Virus record (IMG/VR): IMGVR_UViG_3300042360_000330
Source: a virus
Lineage: Duplodnaviria > Heunggongvirae > Uroviricota > Caudoviricetes
Direction: 5' to 3' (one strand)
DNA: 64,000 bases
The translations under genes were made by a program, and so were the position numbers. Positions 1-9,504 of this stretch are shown piece by piece. Under the pieces are notes generated by a model that was not told where the DNA came from, did not search any database, and was given only the letters and a program-made list of their open reading frames with translations. The number at the start of each line of letters is the position of its first letter. Within the stretch, counting starts at the first letter, position 1.

Positions 1-96
1 AAAGGTATTATGACTCGTTACGCTAAGAAAATGGTACGTCCTGAATTCTACGGTAAAGTATTCGTTAACGGTTTAAATGCATTAGGTATTAACTAA
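1..96 (+). CDS. Major capsid protein, C-terminal end (partial, T4 gp23-like)
   Basis: Frame 1 reads KGIMTRYAKKMVRPEFYGKVFVNGLNALGIN*. The G-x-MTRY motif is typical of gp23-like capsid C-termini, and a strong terminator follows. Confidence 0.8.
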   Translation, partial: KGIMTRYAKKMVRPEFYGKVFVNGLNALGIN

Positions 97-119
97 TAAC
101 TAATTACTTAGTAAAAATT

Positions 120-150
120 AGAGTCGAGCGCAAGCTCGGCTCTTTTTTTT
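120..150 (+). terminator. Rho-independent terminator after the capsid gene
   Basis: GAGTCGAGC-GCAA-GCTCGGCTC stem with GNRA loop, followed by a T8+ tract. Confidence 0.9.
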
Positions 151-181
151 CATATTTATACGAAACTAAAACGTTATATAT

Positions 182-787
182 ATGAGTTCAAACCATCACA
201 CTGATGAGGTTTTTATTTACTTATTAGAATTAGAAGATAATAAAGTATATATAGGTAAAACTGTTAATCCTTCTCATAGATTTTATTCCCATAAAAAATC
301 TAAAAATGTAATACAATTTACTATAATAGATAAAGTACCTAACTCTGAATGGAAATATTGGGAAAAATTTTATATAGAATTATTTAAAACTTGGGAATTT
401 AAATTAGATAATAAAAATAATGGTGGAGGAGGACCTTCAAAAGGTCGATATTTAAGAAGCAAAGACCAAAATTGGAAAAATAATTTAAGTAAATCTCATA
501 AAGGTAAAATTATTACTTCTGAAACACGTTTAAAAATGAGCAAATCTCATTTGAATAAACCATCACCATTTAAAGGTCAAACCCATACCTCTCAAACTTG
601 TAAAATTATTAGTAAATCATTATCAAAATCTGTATTACAATATGATATTGATGGTAATTTACTTAATACTTTTACTAGCATAAAAGAAGCAGCTTTACAA
701 ACCAAAACTAACAAAACCAGTATTTCGGGAGCATGCTCGGGAAAATATAAAAAAGTCGGAGGATATATCTGGAAGTATAATAACTAA
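182..787 (+). CDS. Free-standing GIY-YIG homing endonuclease with NUMOD3/NUMOD1-like DNA-binding domains
   Basis: FIYLLE...VYIGKT...R; NxxxGG; H(T/S)xETRLKMSKS repeats; C-terminal VLQYDIDGNLLNTFTSIKEAA...YKKVGGYIWKY. Confidence 0.85.
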   Translation: MSSNHHTDEVFIYLLELEDNKVYIGKTVNPSHRFYSHKKSKNVIQFTIIDKVPNSEWKYWEKFYIELFKTWEFKLDNKNNGGGGPSKGRYLRSKDQNWKNNLSKSHKGKIITSETRLKMSKSHLNKPSPFKGQTHTSQTCKIISKSLSKSVLQYDIDGNLLNTFTSIKEAALQTKTNKTSISGACSGKYKKVGGYIWKYNN

Positions 788-800
788 TTTAAAATTAAGT

Positions 801-1493
801 ATGGATCATAATAGAACATTAGAGGCACAAAAAGTGTTTAAAGAAAAAAGAAAACCCAAATCTCCTATAAAATTTAATTTAGTATTAAATGAAGAACAAA
901 AATTAGCAAAAGCACTTATCATTGAAAACCCAGTTGTCGTTTTAAAAGGAATGGCAGGTTCAGGTAAAACCCTAGTTGCTGTTCAAGCGGCACTTGATAT
1001 GTTGTTTAATAAAGAAGTAGACAAAATAGTAATTACTAGACCTACAGTTGCTAAAGAAGAATTAGGTTTCTTACCAGGCGATCTTAAAGAAAAAATGGAC
1101 CCATGGTTAGCACCAATCTACCACAATCTATACATGTTATATGGTAAAGATAAAGTAGATAAAGAATTAGAACGTGGTAATATAGAAATTGTACCATTCG
1201 CGTTTATGAGAGGTAGAACATTTGTTGATTCATTTGTCATTGTAGATGAAGCACAAAACGTTACTCAAGATCAAATGGAAACTGTATTAGGACGACTTGG
1301 TAAAAATTCTAAAATGGTGATTTGTGGTGACTTAGCTCAAATTGATTTAAAAGTAAAAAAAGAAACTGGTTTCTCTTTCTTAACAAGAATTGAAGAACAA
1401 GTAGCTGGATTTAAAATATTTGCTTTAAAACAAAACCACAGACATGACATAGTAGCTCCAATATTGAAAGTATACCAAGAGTTCAGAGATTAA
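801..1493 (+). CDS. phoH: PhoH-family ATPase
   Basis: Walker A GMAGSGKT; LGFLPGDLKEKMDPW; FMRGRTF; DEAQN; GDLAQID. Confidence 0.95.
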   Translation: MDHNRTLEAQKVFKEKRKPKSPIKFNLVLNEEQKLAKALIIENPVVVLKGMAGSGKTLVAVQAALDMLFNKEVDKIVITRPTVAKEELGFLPGDLKEKMDPWLAPIYHNLYMLYGKDKVDKELERGNIEIVPFAFMRGRTFVDSFVIVDEAQNVTQDQMETVLGRLGKNSKMVICGDLAQIDLKVKKETGFSFLTRIEEQVAGFKIFALKQNHRHDIVAPILKVYQEFRD

Positions 1494-1505
1494 TTAGGGT
1501 TTTTT

Positions 1506-1515
1506 AATATTTATA
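1506..1515 (+). promoter_or_regulatory. Putative phage late promoter motif AATATTTATA
   Basis: Intergenic, ~20 nt before the start. Similar copies at 152, 2524, 4134, 11472, 22925, 24765, 25367, 26411, 28725, 46753 and 55769. Confidence 0.5.
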
Positions 1516-1535
1516 GGTAGTAATTCTAACAATAA

Positions 1536-1913
1536 ATGGCAGCAGGTAAATATTCATTCACAATTGAACAAGGATCAACCGTAGACTTTGTAATAGTATA
1601 CAAAGATTCGTTTGGAGTCCCTGTCAATCTATCCACATATAATTCAAAAATGCAAATTAGGCTAACTTATGGTTCAGCACCTATTGTAACCTTAAGTAGT
1701 AGTCTTAATGCTGATGGTACTGGGTTAAATATGAGTAATGCTGCATCGGGAGCTATAGAAATATACATTGCATCTTGTACTTCTTCTATGTTTAATTTTG
1801 ACACAGCAATATATGACTTAGATATAATATCGGGAAGTGGAGATTGTCCTGTGGTTACTAGAATCCTTGAAGGTAAAGTTAAACTTAGTAAAGAAGTTAC
1901 TGTAATTAGTTAA
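1536..1913 (+). CDS. Virion structural protein, beta-sandwich (BppU/LtfC-like)
   Basis: IEQGST...NLSTYNSKMQIR...YDLDI...RILEGKV pattern; lies in the structural cluster. Confidence 0.55.
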   Translation: MAAGKYSFTIEQGSTVDFVIVYKDSFGVPVNLSTYNSKMQIRLTYGSAPIVTLSSSLNADGTGLNMSNAASGAIEIYIASCTSSMFNFDTAIYDLDIISGSGDCPVVTRILEGKVKLSKEVTVIS

Positions 1914-2518
1914 TGAGTCAAATTGAAGTTAACAATACTTTTAATAGTGTTAATGTAGAAAACACGATAAATACCGTTGATGTTGATAACAGCAATGGTA
2001 ATATTGTTATTGTACCTCAAGAAATAGTAAAAATAATTGAGATCAATACTCCTGGCCCTCAGGGATCTCCAGGACCAGCAGGTGACCCTAGTATATTTAC
2101 TAGCTCATTTGTTTCTACTTCATCATTTAATGCTTTTACTTCATCATATAACACAGGATCATTTACAGGTTCTTTTATAGGTGATGGTAGTGGATTAACT
2201 GGTTTACCTATATCAAAATGGACTGGATCTATTGATGGAAGTATTAGTAGAAACTCAGATGTATATGTAACAGGTTCATTTGGAGTAACAAATCAATCTA
2301 ATACATCATTATTTCTAATAAATGCTCAAGGAGCTGCAACAATAAAAAGCACAGCTGCTACTATATTTTTAATACAAAATCAAAATAACATAAATGTATT
2401 GACTGTAAGTCAAAGTGGTGTTATAGTAGTAGCAACTCAATCTGTAGAATTATCAAATCCGGCACCAAATGGAGGAATGTATTTTACCTCTAATTCATTT
2501 TTTGTAGGGCTCGATTAA
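1913..2518 (+). CDS. Virion/fibre-associated protein
   Basis: Short collagen-like GPQGSPGPAG stretch and GSFTGSF repeats. Confidence 0.55.
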   Translation: MSQIEVNNTFNSVNVENTINTVDVDNSNGNIVIVPQEIVKIIEINTPGPQGSPGPAGDPSIFTSSFVSTSSFNAFTSSYNTGSFTGSFIGDGSGLTGLPISKWTGSIDGSISRNSDVYVTGSFGVTNQSNTSLFLINAQGAATIKSTAATIFLIQNQNNINVLTVSQSGVIVVATQSVELSNPAPNGGMYFTSNSFFVGLD

Positions 2519-2552
2519 AAATAAATATTTATCAACATAAAAACAATATAAA

Positions 2553-3581
2553 ATGGCAAATTGGAAAAAAGTCGTTGTATCCGGTAGTAACGTCTCTCAA
2601 CTAAACAATGATGCAAACTATTTAACGGCAGGTACATTAATAACCCCTAACGCTTTTAGTACAGCATCGTTTGACGGTACATTATTATTAGCAGATTCAC
2701 CTTCAGGAAGTTTAAATTTTGCATCTTCGTCAGGACAAGGTTTAACTATTACAGCTAATGCTGGATCAGATACTTTAACATTTGGTTTATCCGCTATACC
2801 TAACAATAGTTTAGCCAATTCAGCTATCACAATAGCAGGTACATCAGTATCATTAGGTGGAAGTATTACACAAGCTACTATATTAGCAGGTTCAGGAGTA
2901 TTTTCAGGATCAGCTCAATTACCAGCAGGATTAGTATCAGGATCATCTCAAATTAACTATTCAGGAATAACAGGAGTACCAGCAAATATAATATCATCTT
3001 CTGTTTTATCTTCACCAGCTCAAGGTCAAGCTTTACTTACTACAAATGGTGTAGCAGGTTCTACAATTGATTTAGGATTAGAAACAGGAGATAGTCCATC
3101 ATTCGCAGGTGTAACAGCAGGTAATGTTACAGTAGGTGTTACAAATGATAATACAATTACTACAACAACTGGAGACTTAACAGTAACTTCAGCTGGAGGT
3201 AACGTAACTATATCAAATAATTTAGTTGTAACTAATAACTTAACAGTACAAGGTACAGCATCTTTCCAAAATACAACTAACTTAGAAGTAGCTGATAGAT
3301 TTATCTTAATGGCTTCTGGTTCGAATACAACTGGAGATGGTGGTATTGTAGTACAACAAGACACACAAAACATTGGTGAATTATTTGGATGGGATTCAGG
3401 AGCATCAAGATGGGCAGTAACAGGTTCATTTACAGCAAATAACTCTGCATTTACACCAGACGCTTATATGGCCGCCGTTGTAACAGCAGCAGGAACAACA
3501 CCAACACCAGCAACCAGATATAACGCAGTAGGTAATATTTACGTATCAAGTGGCGACGAAAGTATTTGGATATATTCATAA
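2553..3581 (+). CDS. Fibre-like virion protein
   Basis: G/S/T-rich beta-strand repeats; the N-terminus MANWKKVVVSGS is paralogous to that of the 4920 protein. Confidence 0.65.
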   Translation: MANWKKVVVSGSNVSQLNNDANYLTAGTLITPNAFSTASFDGTLLLADSPSGSLNFASSSGQGLTITANAGSDTLTFGLSAIPNNSLANSAITIAGTSVSLGGSITQATILAGSGVFSGSAQLPAGLVSGSSQINYSGITGVPANIISSSVLSSPAQGQALLTTNGVAGSTIDLGLETGDSPSFAGVTAGNVTVGVTNDNTITTTTGDLTVTSAGGNVTISNNLVVTNNLTVQGTASFQNTTNLEVADRFILMASGSNTTGDGGIVVQQDTQNIGELFGWDSGASRWAVTGSFTANNSAFTPDAYMAAVVTAAGTTPTPATRYNAVGNIYVSSGDESIWIYS

Positions 3582-3598
3582 AAAATAAAAAAATTGTT

Positions 3599-3805
3599 AT
3601 GAGCTTTAATGCACAAAACGTAGTTGTAAAAGACAAAACTACATCTAATATAGAAAATACTCTATCTCCTAATCAATTAAATGTGAAGGAGATAGAGATT
3701 TTACTTTCTTTAATAAGAAGATCAACTTTCCTTGGAGAAGACCTAGAACCTTTGTACAATATGGTTATTAAACTACAAAACCAATATTTAGAACAAACAA
3801 AATAA
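3599..3805 (+). CDS. Hypothetical protein
   Basis: Track ORF 3566..3805; the ATG at 3599 follows an A-rich initiation region and avoids overlap with the upstream gene. Confidence 0.55.
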   Translation: MSFNAQNVVVKDKTTSNIENTLSPNQLNVKEIEILLSLIRRSTFLGEDLEPLYNMVIKLQNQYLEQTK

Positions 3806-3813
3806 CATAAGTT

Positions 3814-4050
3814 ATGGATTTATTTGAAATCAACCTTACTTTTAATGAATTGACCTTTTTAAGATCTGCTTTAGATCCTATTTCTATTCAAGGTAGAGAT
3901 GCTCGTTTTGTAGCTTCACTACAAATGAAATTAGAGCAAGAAATTGAAGAAGTAAAACGTATGCTTCAAGACGCAGAAACTCAAAAAATGGAAAGTCTTC
4001 AAGACGCTATAAAAGAAGATCAAAAAATTAACAAAAGACCCACAAAATAA
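3814..4050 (+). CDS. Hypothetical coiled-coil protein
   Basis: Tightly spaced ORF with a helical heptad pattern. Confidence 0.55.
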   Translation: MDLFEINLTFNELTFLRSALDPISIQGRDARFVASLQMKLEQEIEEVKRMLQDAETQKMESLQDAIKEDQKINKRPTK

Positions 4051-4154
4051 CATAAATAAAATGCATTACATCAATGGTATCAACATTGGTGCGAGGTAAT
4101 ATACTTCTTATATTTTATTTGTTTAGATCGCATATATTTATATTATATATTATA

Positions 4155-4195
4155 GATCCCTAATGGGAAGTGGGCAGGCAATCCTGTAACCAATC
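4155..4195 (+). ncRNA. Candidate structured leader RNA
   Basis: GC-rich island with hairpins CCC-TAAT-GGG and TGG.GC.AGG-CAAT-CCT.GT.AA.CCA, closed by GAT/ATC. Confidence 0.4.
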
Positions 4196-4210
4196 ATAAT
4201 ACTACTTAAT

Positions 4211-4927
4211 ATGAATAACTTTTACGTGTACAGTCACATTAAAAAAACTGATGGAAAATGTTTTTATATAGGTAAAGGAACAGGAAATAGAGCCTTTACT
4301 TCTTCTTCTCGAAATAGATACTGGAATGAAATAGTTAATAAACATGGGTTTGTATCTATTATTTTAATTAATAATATATCTGAAGAAAAAGCATTTGAAA
4401 TAGAATCCCAATTTTGTAACCAAATTGGTTATAAAAATCTTACTAATATAAGAAAAGAAACTGGTTGGGGAGGTCATTCACACCAACCTGAAACTATATT
4501 AAAATTATCAAAGCCTATTTTTCAATATGATTTACAAGGAAATCTTGTAAAAAGATGGGAAAGTGCTACTTTAGCTTCCCAATTTTTTGGAAAAAATTCA
4601 CCAGCAGCCATTACGGAATGTTGTAGAGGGATTAGAAAAAGTATATATGGGTTTAAATGGAGACATATAGATAATCCTATAAATGAGTCTCCTAAACATA
4701 TAGTTAAAAAATTTAAAAAAGAAAAAATACCTCCTTATTATAATCCTATAAATCAATATGATTTAAAAGGCAATTTTATAAAAACATGGACTAATATAAA
4801 AGAAGCATCTCATATGTTAAAAATTAAAACTAGTTCTATTTCACAATGTGTAAATGGAAAATATAAAACATCTGGAGGTTTTGTTTGGTCAAAACTATTA
4901 AATAAGGAAGGAGGTCATTTTGCCTAG
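4211..4927 (+). CDS. Free-standing GIY-YIG-type homing endonuclease with two NUMOD1-like domains
   Basis: FYVYSH...CFYIGKG...RA; two copies of IxQYDLxGNxxKxW...YKxxxGFxW. Confidence 0.85.
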   Translation: MNNFYVYSHIKKTDGKCFYIGKGTGNRAFTSSSRNRYWNEIVNKHGFVSIILINNISEEKAFEIESQFCNQIGYKNLTNIRKETGWGGHSHQPETILKLSKPIFQYDLQGNLVKRWESATLASQFFGKNSPAAITECCRGIRKSIYGFKWRHIDNPINESPKHIVKKFKKEKIPPYYNPINQYDLKGNFIKTWTNIKEASHMLKIKTSSISQCVNGKYKTSGGFVWSKLLNKEGGHFA

Positions 4928-7900
4928 TTGGAAAAAAGTCATAATTAGCGGCTCGAATGCTGCTTTAAATTCTCTTAATGTTTCAAACGGAATTACAGGT
5001 TCTTTATTTGGGACCGCTTCATTTGCCTCTAATGGAGGTGTAACTCAATTATTAGCAGGACCAAACATAACATTATCACCAACAAATGGTAAAGGTCAAG
5101 TTACAGTTTCATCAACTAGTGGTGGAGGTGGCTTTAATACAGCAACAGGATCTTACGGTAGTTTTTACGATACTACAACTCAAACTAATGTAGCAGGTAC
5201 TGCTCGCTCAATGTCTTTCAATACGACAGATATTACAAATGGAGTATCAATATCAGGATCAACAAATCCTTTTAACACTTATATCAAGACTGAAAATGCA
5301 GGTGTATATGATATACAATTTTCTGCTCAAGTAGATAAAACAGATAGTGGTACAGATGAAATATGGATTTGGTTAAGAAAAAATGGAACAAATTTAACAG
5401 ATACTGCAACATCGATACAATTAGTTGGTAATGAAGCTCATTATGTAGCAGCATGGAATTTCTTTGTTAATTCAGCTGCAAATGATTATTATCAATTAAT
5501 GTGGTATTCACCGGATGCTAACGTACGCTTACACGCAGAACCTGAATTTGGAGTAGTACCAGGTATTCCTTCAGTAATAGTAACAGCAAATAGAGTAGAT
5601 CAATTCTTATCAAACACAGGTTCATTTACAGGCTCATTTACAGGAGTATTTACAGGTTCATTATTTGGAACATCTTCATTTGCTTCAACAGCACAAACAG
5701 CATCATTTGTAACAGGATCAAACGTATTTGGGCCATTTGGTTCTAACAGTGTAATAAGTGCTTCTTTTGCTCAAACAGCATCATTCTTAAACAGTACAAC
5801 AAATGCATTTATTCAAAACGGAAATTCATTTGGTACAACAGCATTATTAGGAACAAACGACAATCAACCACTTGCTTTAGAAACAAATGGAACAACTAGA
5901 ATGTTTATTTCTAGTAGTGGGGACGTAGGTATTGGAACGACAAGTCCAAATGGTAAGTTAGAAATTAGAGGAATTGAATCAAATACAAAAGATTTACTTT
6001 TAAATTTATCTAAATTTGCTTACGGAACAACACAATTTTATCAAAACTATTCAAATACATTTTACACTGCTGGAAAAAGTTTAGAAATTGAAGTTGAGGC
6101 TTTACCTTTATTACAATTAGCTGTTAACAATGCTGGTTCCCAAGGTAAAGTTATATTTCCAAACGGTAACGTAGGTATTGGAACAACAAGTCCTGGAGGT
6201 AAATTACATATTTCTGGTGCAGGTTCTGGCCTCGCATTAACTTTTGGTAATAGTGTTCCTAATAATCCTTTATTTATAAATACTTATGGGGATTGGAGTG
6301 GAATTGGTATGGATCAATCAAATGCTGGTCTTAGGCTTGTTGGAGATTATACTAGTGGAGCTTCATTAGTTGATATAGGATATTACTCATCAGGTACAGT
6401 ATCTCATGCTAATTGGGTTAGTAAGGTTAAAGTAATGCAGAGTGGTAACGTAGGTATTGGTACAACAAGTCCAACTTACAAATTTGAAGTAAGTGATGGT
6501 ACAAGAACAGGAGTAATAAACCCAAACTCAGGGTTAGACGCAATCTTTATAGGGGTTACTCAATCCAAACCATTAATTTTTGGAACTGGTGACACAGAAA
6601 GAATGCGTATTACTTCAGCAGGTAACGTACTAATAGGTACAACCACAGATGGTGGAAATAGGCTTGAAGTAGTTGGGACAGCAAATAATTGGGCAGGAAG
6701 CTTTACAGGAAATACAACAACTGGCCAATCTTATGGAGCAATTGTAAGAGGTGGAACAAATAGTTCAGATGTTGCTTTTAATGTAAATAACGCAGCAAAT
6801 TCAACAACCTACCTTAACGTAAGAGGAGATGGTAACGTAGGAATTGGAACAACTTCGCCTGATGCTCCATTAGATATTGAGAATACAAATGCAACATCTA
6901 TAATTTACCAAAGAACAGGTGTATCTGCTAAGAAATGGGGTTTTGTTAGTGATAATAGTAATACTTATTGGAGCAATATAACTGATAACACATTACCGTT
7001 TACATTAAGTAATAGCGGTAACGTAGGTATTGGAACAACAGGCCCTTCTCAAAAATTAGATGTAAGCGGAAGTGCTTATATTGCTGGTAATATTATTCTT
7101 CCTCAAAACCCTACAGGTACTACATATGGAAATGGTGTGTCTGCCTCTCCTCCATATATGATAAATCAAGGAGCAGGTGATAATGACGCTATACGATTCT
7201 ATGCAGAATCTGCTGCTACTAATCAGGTAAGTATGGTATTTGAGGTAAACGATGATATAGAAACTGCCGGTAGTGAATGGATATGGAGAAATAAAAAAAC
7301 TTATGGAGGCTATGAAGCTACTACTCCTATGCGCCTTAGTGGGGCAGGTGAATTAGAGGTTTCAAAAATTGTAGCTACATCAATAACAGGTTCTTTATTA
7401 GGGACAGCATCATTTGCTCAAACAGCATCATTCTTAAACAGTACAACAAACGCCTTTATACAAAACGGAAATTCATTTGGAACAACAGCATTATTAGGAA
7501 CAAATGATAATCAACCACTTGCTTTAGAGACTAATGGAACAACTAGAATGTTTATTTCTAGTAGTGGTGACGTAGGTATTGGAACGACAAGTTCATTAGG
7601 GCCATTAGAGGTATATAGAGGAAATTCTGGCGGATTAGGTGGACATATTATTGTAAATAATAATGGATTAGCAATTGGTAGTTCAACCGCTTTAATGTTT
7701 GGAGATGGTCCTATAAACGGTATTCGTGGTGCAATTTCAACAACTACAGAAGACTCTCCGTACTATGGGCAGATGGACTTTAAGACAGGTGCTGATATTT
7801 ATAGTAATTTGTTTACAAGAATGACTATAAAAGGAAACGGTAACGTAGGTATTGGAACAACAAGTCCATCTTATAAATTAGATGTTTTAGGAGATATTGG

Positions 7901-9503
7901 AGCTTATGCAAATGGAGACAACAACGGATTTATTGGTACGGCAGGAGGTACGCATATACTTTCTCTAACAAGGTCTACAAATAATGCAAAATTAGCAGGA
8001 TATGATGGAGTTATTTTTTATACAAATGCAACTACATTAGCAGGAGGTAGTGAAAGAATGCGAATCACTTCAGCAGGTGATGTAGGAATTGGAACAACAA
8101 GTCCTAACAGGCTATTAACAGTAGCTGGAACAACATCAGGATTAATAGCTCTAAATGCTTCAAGTTATAGAAATACAACAATAGGTTCGGATTCTGTAGG
8201 TAATTTTATTGTATATGATGATACTGCATCTTCATATAGAATGGTGATTAATTCATCAGGTAACGTAGGTATTGGAACGACAACACCGCAAAGAAAACTA
8301 GACGTAATATCAGGAGCTAATAATTTTGTTTCTGTGGGGATAGATGCTGTAGCAGTTGGACAATGGGCTGGTCTTCATTTTGGATATGCAGAAGGTGCTA
8401 ATAACTTGTATAGAAAATCTGCAATAGTCTTTGAAAGAACAGATTTAACATCAAATAACGCTCAAGGAAAAGTACACATATTAAACGGGCCTCAAGGAAA
8501 TGCAGATAGTGCTACTTTAGCTGATTCTAAGTTAACAATTGCAGAAAACGGCAACGTTGGTATTGGAACAACAAATCCATTATATAAATTAGATGTTAAT
8601 GGCACTGGAAGATTTTCAAGCGATCTATTAACAAATGCTAGATTTGGTGTTGGTAGTACAAATATAAACTCTAGAGTGTTTGCATCTGCTTTTTCAGGGG
8701 AACTTGCAACCGCTATCTTTACAACATTTGATAGTGCTCAAGGTACACAAGAAGCGGCTAGATTTTCAACATCTGACCTTACTACTGGAGCTGTAAGAAT
8801 TTACCCTCGTGTTGGGGTAGCAAATTTTAATGGAATAACTGTAGCAGATAGTGCAGTTATAGTTAATGCTACAACTAAACCAATACTTTTAGGAGTACAG
8901 GATGGTTCAGCTGTTCAATTTACAGAAACAGATATTCGCATTGGAACTAATAATTCAGAAAAAATGCGTATCACTTCATCTGGAAATGTAGGTATTGGAA
9001 TATCAACACCTACCTTAGGAACTTTACAAGTAAATGGAAATGTATTTGCAACTTCATTTACAGGTTCTTTACAAGTAACTAGTAGTCTTTCTTATAATAG
9101 CTCATTATCTACTTCTAACGTAAATGGAGAAATAGCATATTGGGGAGGAGGAACAGTAGCAGCAGGAACACTATACTATTATGATTCATCAGGAAACTGG
9201 ACAGCAGCAGATGCTGATGCTGAATCTACATCAACAGGAATGTTAGGAATAGCATTAGCAGCAGGAACAGCTTCAACAGTAGGAATACTATTAAGAGGAC
9301 ATGCTAGATTTACAGGAGTATCAAGTTTTACAGGAACTACTACAGTAGGAGCAAAATTATATGTATCGACAACAGCCGGAGCATTTTCACAAACAGCACC
9401 AACAGGTACAGGAGATGTCGTTAGAATAATAGGATATGTACAAAGTACAGCAAATGATCAAATTTATTTCTGCCCAGATACAACTTGGGTTACATTATTA
9501 TAA
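4920..9503 (+). CDS. Long tail fibre / adhesin with repeated GNVGIGTT modules (TTG start)
   Basis: 1527 aa with about 12 G(N/D)VGIGTTxP repeats separated by variable segments; overlaps the endonuclease stop codon. Confidence 0.8.
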   Translation: MPSWKKVIISGSNAALNSLNVSNGITGSLFGTASFASNGGVTQLLAGPNITLSPTNGKGQVTVSSTSGGGGFNTATGSYGSFYDTTTQTNVAGTARSMSFNTTDITNGVSISGSTNPFNTYIKTENAGVYDIQFSAQVDKTDSGTDEIWIWLRKNGTNLTDTATSIQLVGNEAHYVAAWNFFVNSAANDYYQLMWYSPDANVRLHAEPEFGVVPGIPSVIVTANRVDQFLSNTGSFTGSFTGVFTGSLFGTSSFASTAQTASFVTGSNVFGPFGSNSVISASFAQTASFLNSTTNAFIQNGNSFGTTALLGTNDNQPLALETNGTTRMFISSSGDVGIGTTSPNGKLEIRGIESNTKDLLLNLSKFAYGTTQFYQNYSNTFYTAGKSLEIEVEALPLLQLAVNNAGSQGKVIFPNGNVGIGTTSPGGKLHISGAGSGLALTFGNSVPNNPLFINTYGDWSGIGMDQSNAGLRLVGDYTSGASLVDIGYYSSGTVSHANWVSKVKVMQSGNVGIGTTSPTYKFEVSDGTRTGVINPNSGLDAIFIGVTQSKPLIFGTGDTERMRITSAGNVLIGTTTDGGNRLEVVGTANNWAGSFTGNTTTGQSYGAIVRGGTNSSDVAFNVNNAANSTTYLNVRGDGNVGIGTTSPDAPLDIENTNATSIIYQRTGVSAKKWGFVSDNSNTYWSNITDNTLPFTLSNSGNVGIGTTGPSQKLDVSGSAYIAGNIILPQNPTGTTYGNGVSASPPYMINQGAGDNDAIRFYAESAATNQVSMVFEVNDDIETAGSEWIWRNKKTYGGYEATTPMRLSGAGELEVSKIVATSITGSLLGTASFAQTASFLNSTTNAFIQNGNSFGTTALLGTNDNQPLALETNGTTRMFISSSGDVGIGTTSSLGPLEVYRGNSGGLGGHIIVNNNGLAIGSSTALMFGDGPINGIRGAISTTTEDSPYYGQMDFKTGADIYSNLFTRMTIKGNGNVGIGTTSPSYKLDVLGDIGAYANGDNNGFIGTAGGTHILSLTRSTNNAKLAGYDGVIFYTNATTLAGGSERMRITSAGDVGIGTTSPNRLLTVAGTTSGLIALNASSYRNTTIGSDSVGNFIVYDDTASSYRMVINSSGNVGIGTTTPQRKLDVISGANNFVSVGIDAVAVGQWAGLHFGYAEGANNLYRKSAIVFERTDLTSNNAQGKVHILNGPQGNADSATLADSKLTIAENGNVGIGTTNPLYKLDVNGTGRFSSDLLTNARFGVGSTNINSRVFASAFSGELATAIFTTFDSAQGTQEAARFSTSDLTTGAVRIYPRVGVANFNGITVADSAVIVNATTKPILLGVQDGSAVQFTETDIRIGTNNSEKMRITSSGNVGIGISTPTLGTLQVNGNVFATSFTGSLQVTSSLSYNSSLSTSNVNGEIAYWGGGTVAAGTLYYYDSSGNWTAADADAESTSTGMLGIALAAGTASTVGILLRGHARFTGVSSFTGTTTVGAKLYVSTTAGAFSQTAPTGTGDVVRIIGYVQSTANDQIYFCPDTTWVTLL
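5766..5945 (+). repeat. 180-bp direct repeat, copy 1 (inside the fibre gene)
   Basis: Matches 7413-7592 with 9 mismatches, all at third codon positions. Confidence 0.9.
7413..7592 (+). repeat. 180-bp direct repeat, copy 2 (inside the fibre gene)
   Basis: Encodes the same FAQTASFLNSTTNAFIQNGNSFG...GDVGIGTTS peptide as copy 1. Confidence 0.9.
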
Positions 9504-9504
9504 T

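Noticed and set aside
4061-4099. 12-codon ORF MHYINGINIGAR as a leader peptide
   Set aside because: It is too short and has no supporting features or attenuator structure.
5766-7592. 180-bp repeat as a diversity-generating retroelement TR/VR pair
   Set aside because: The mismatches are synonymous and not adenine-specific, both copies are in-frame coding, and no reverse transcriptase is present in the window.
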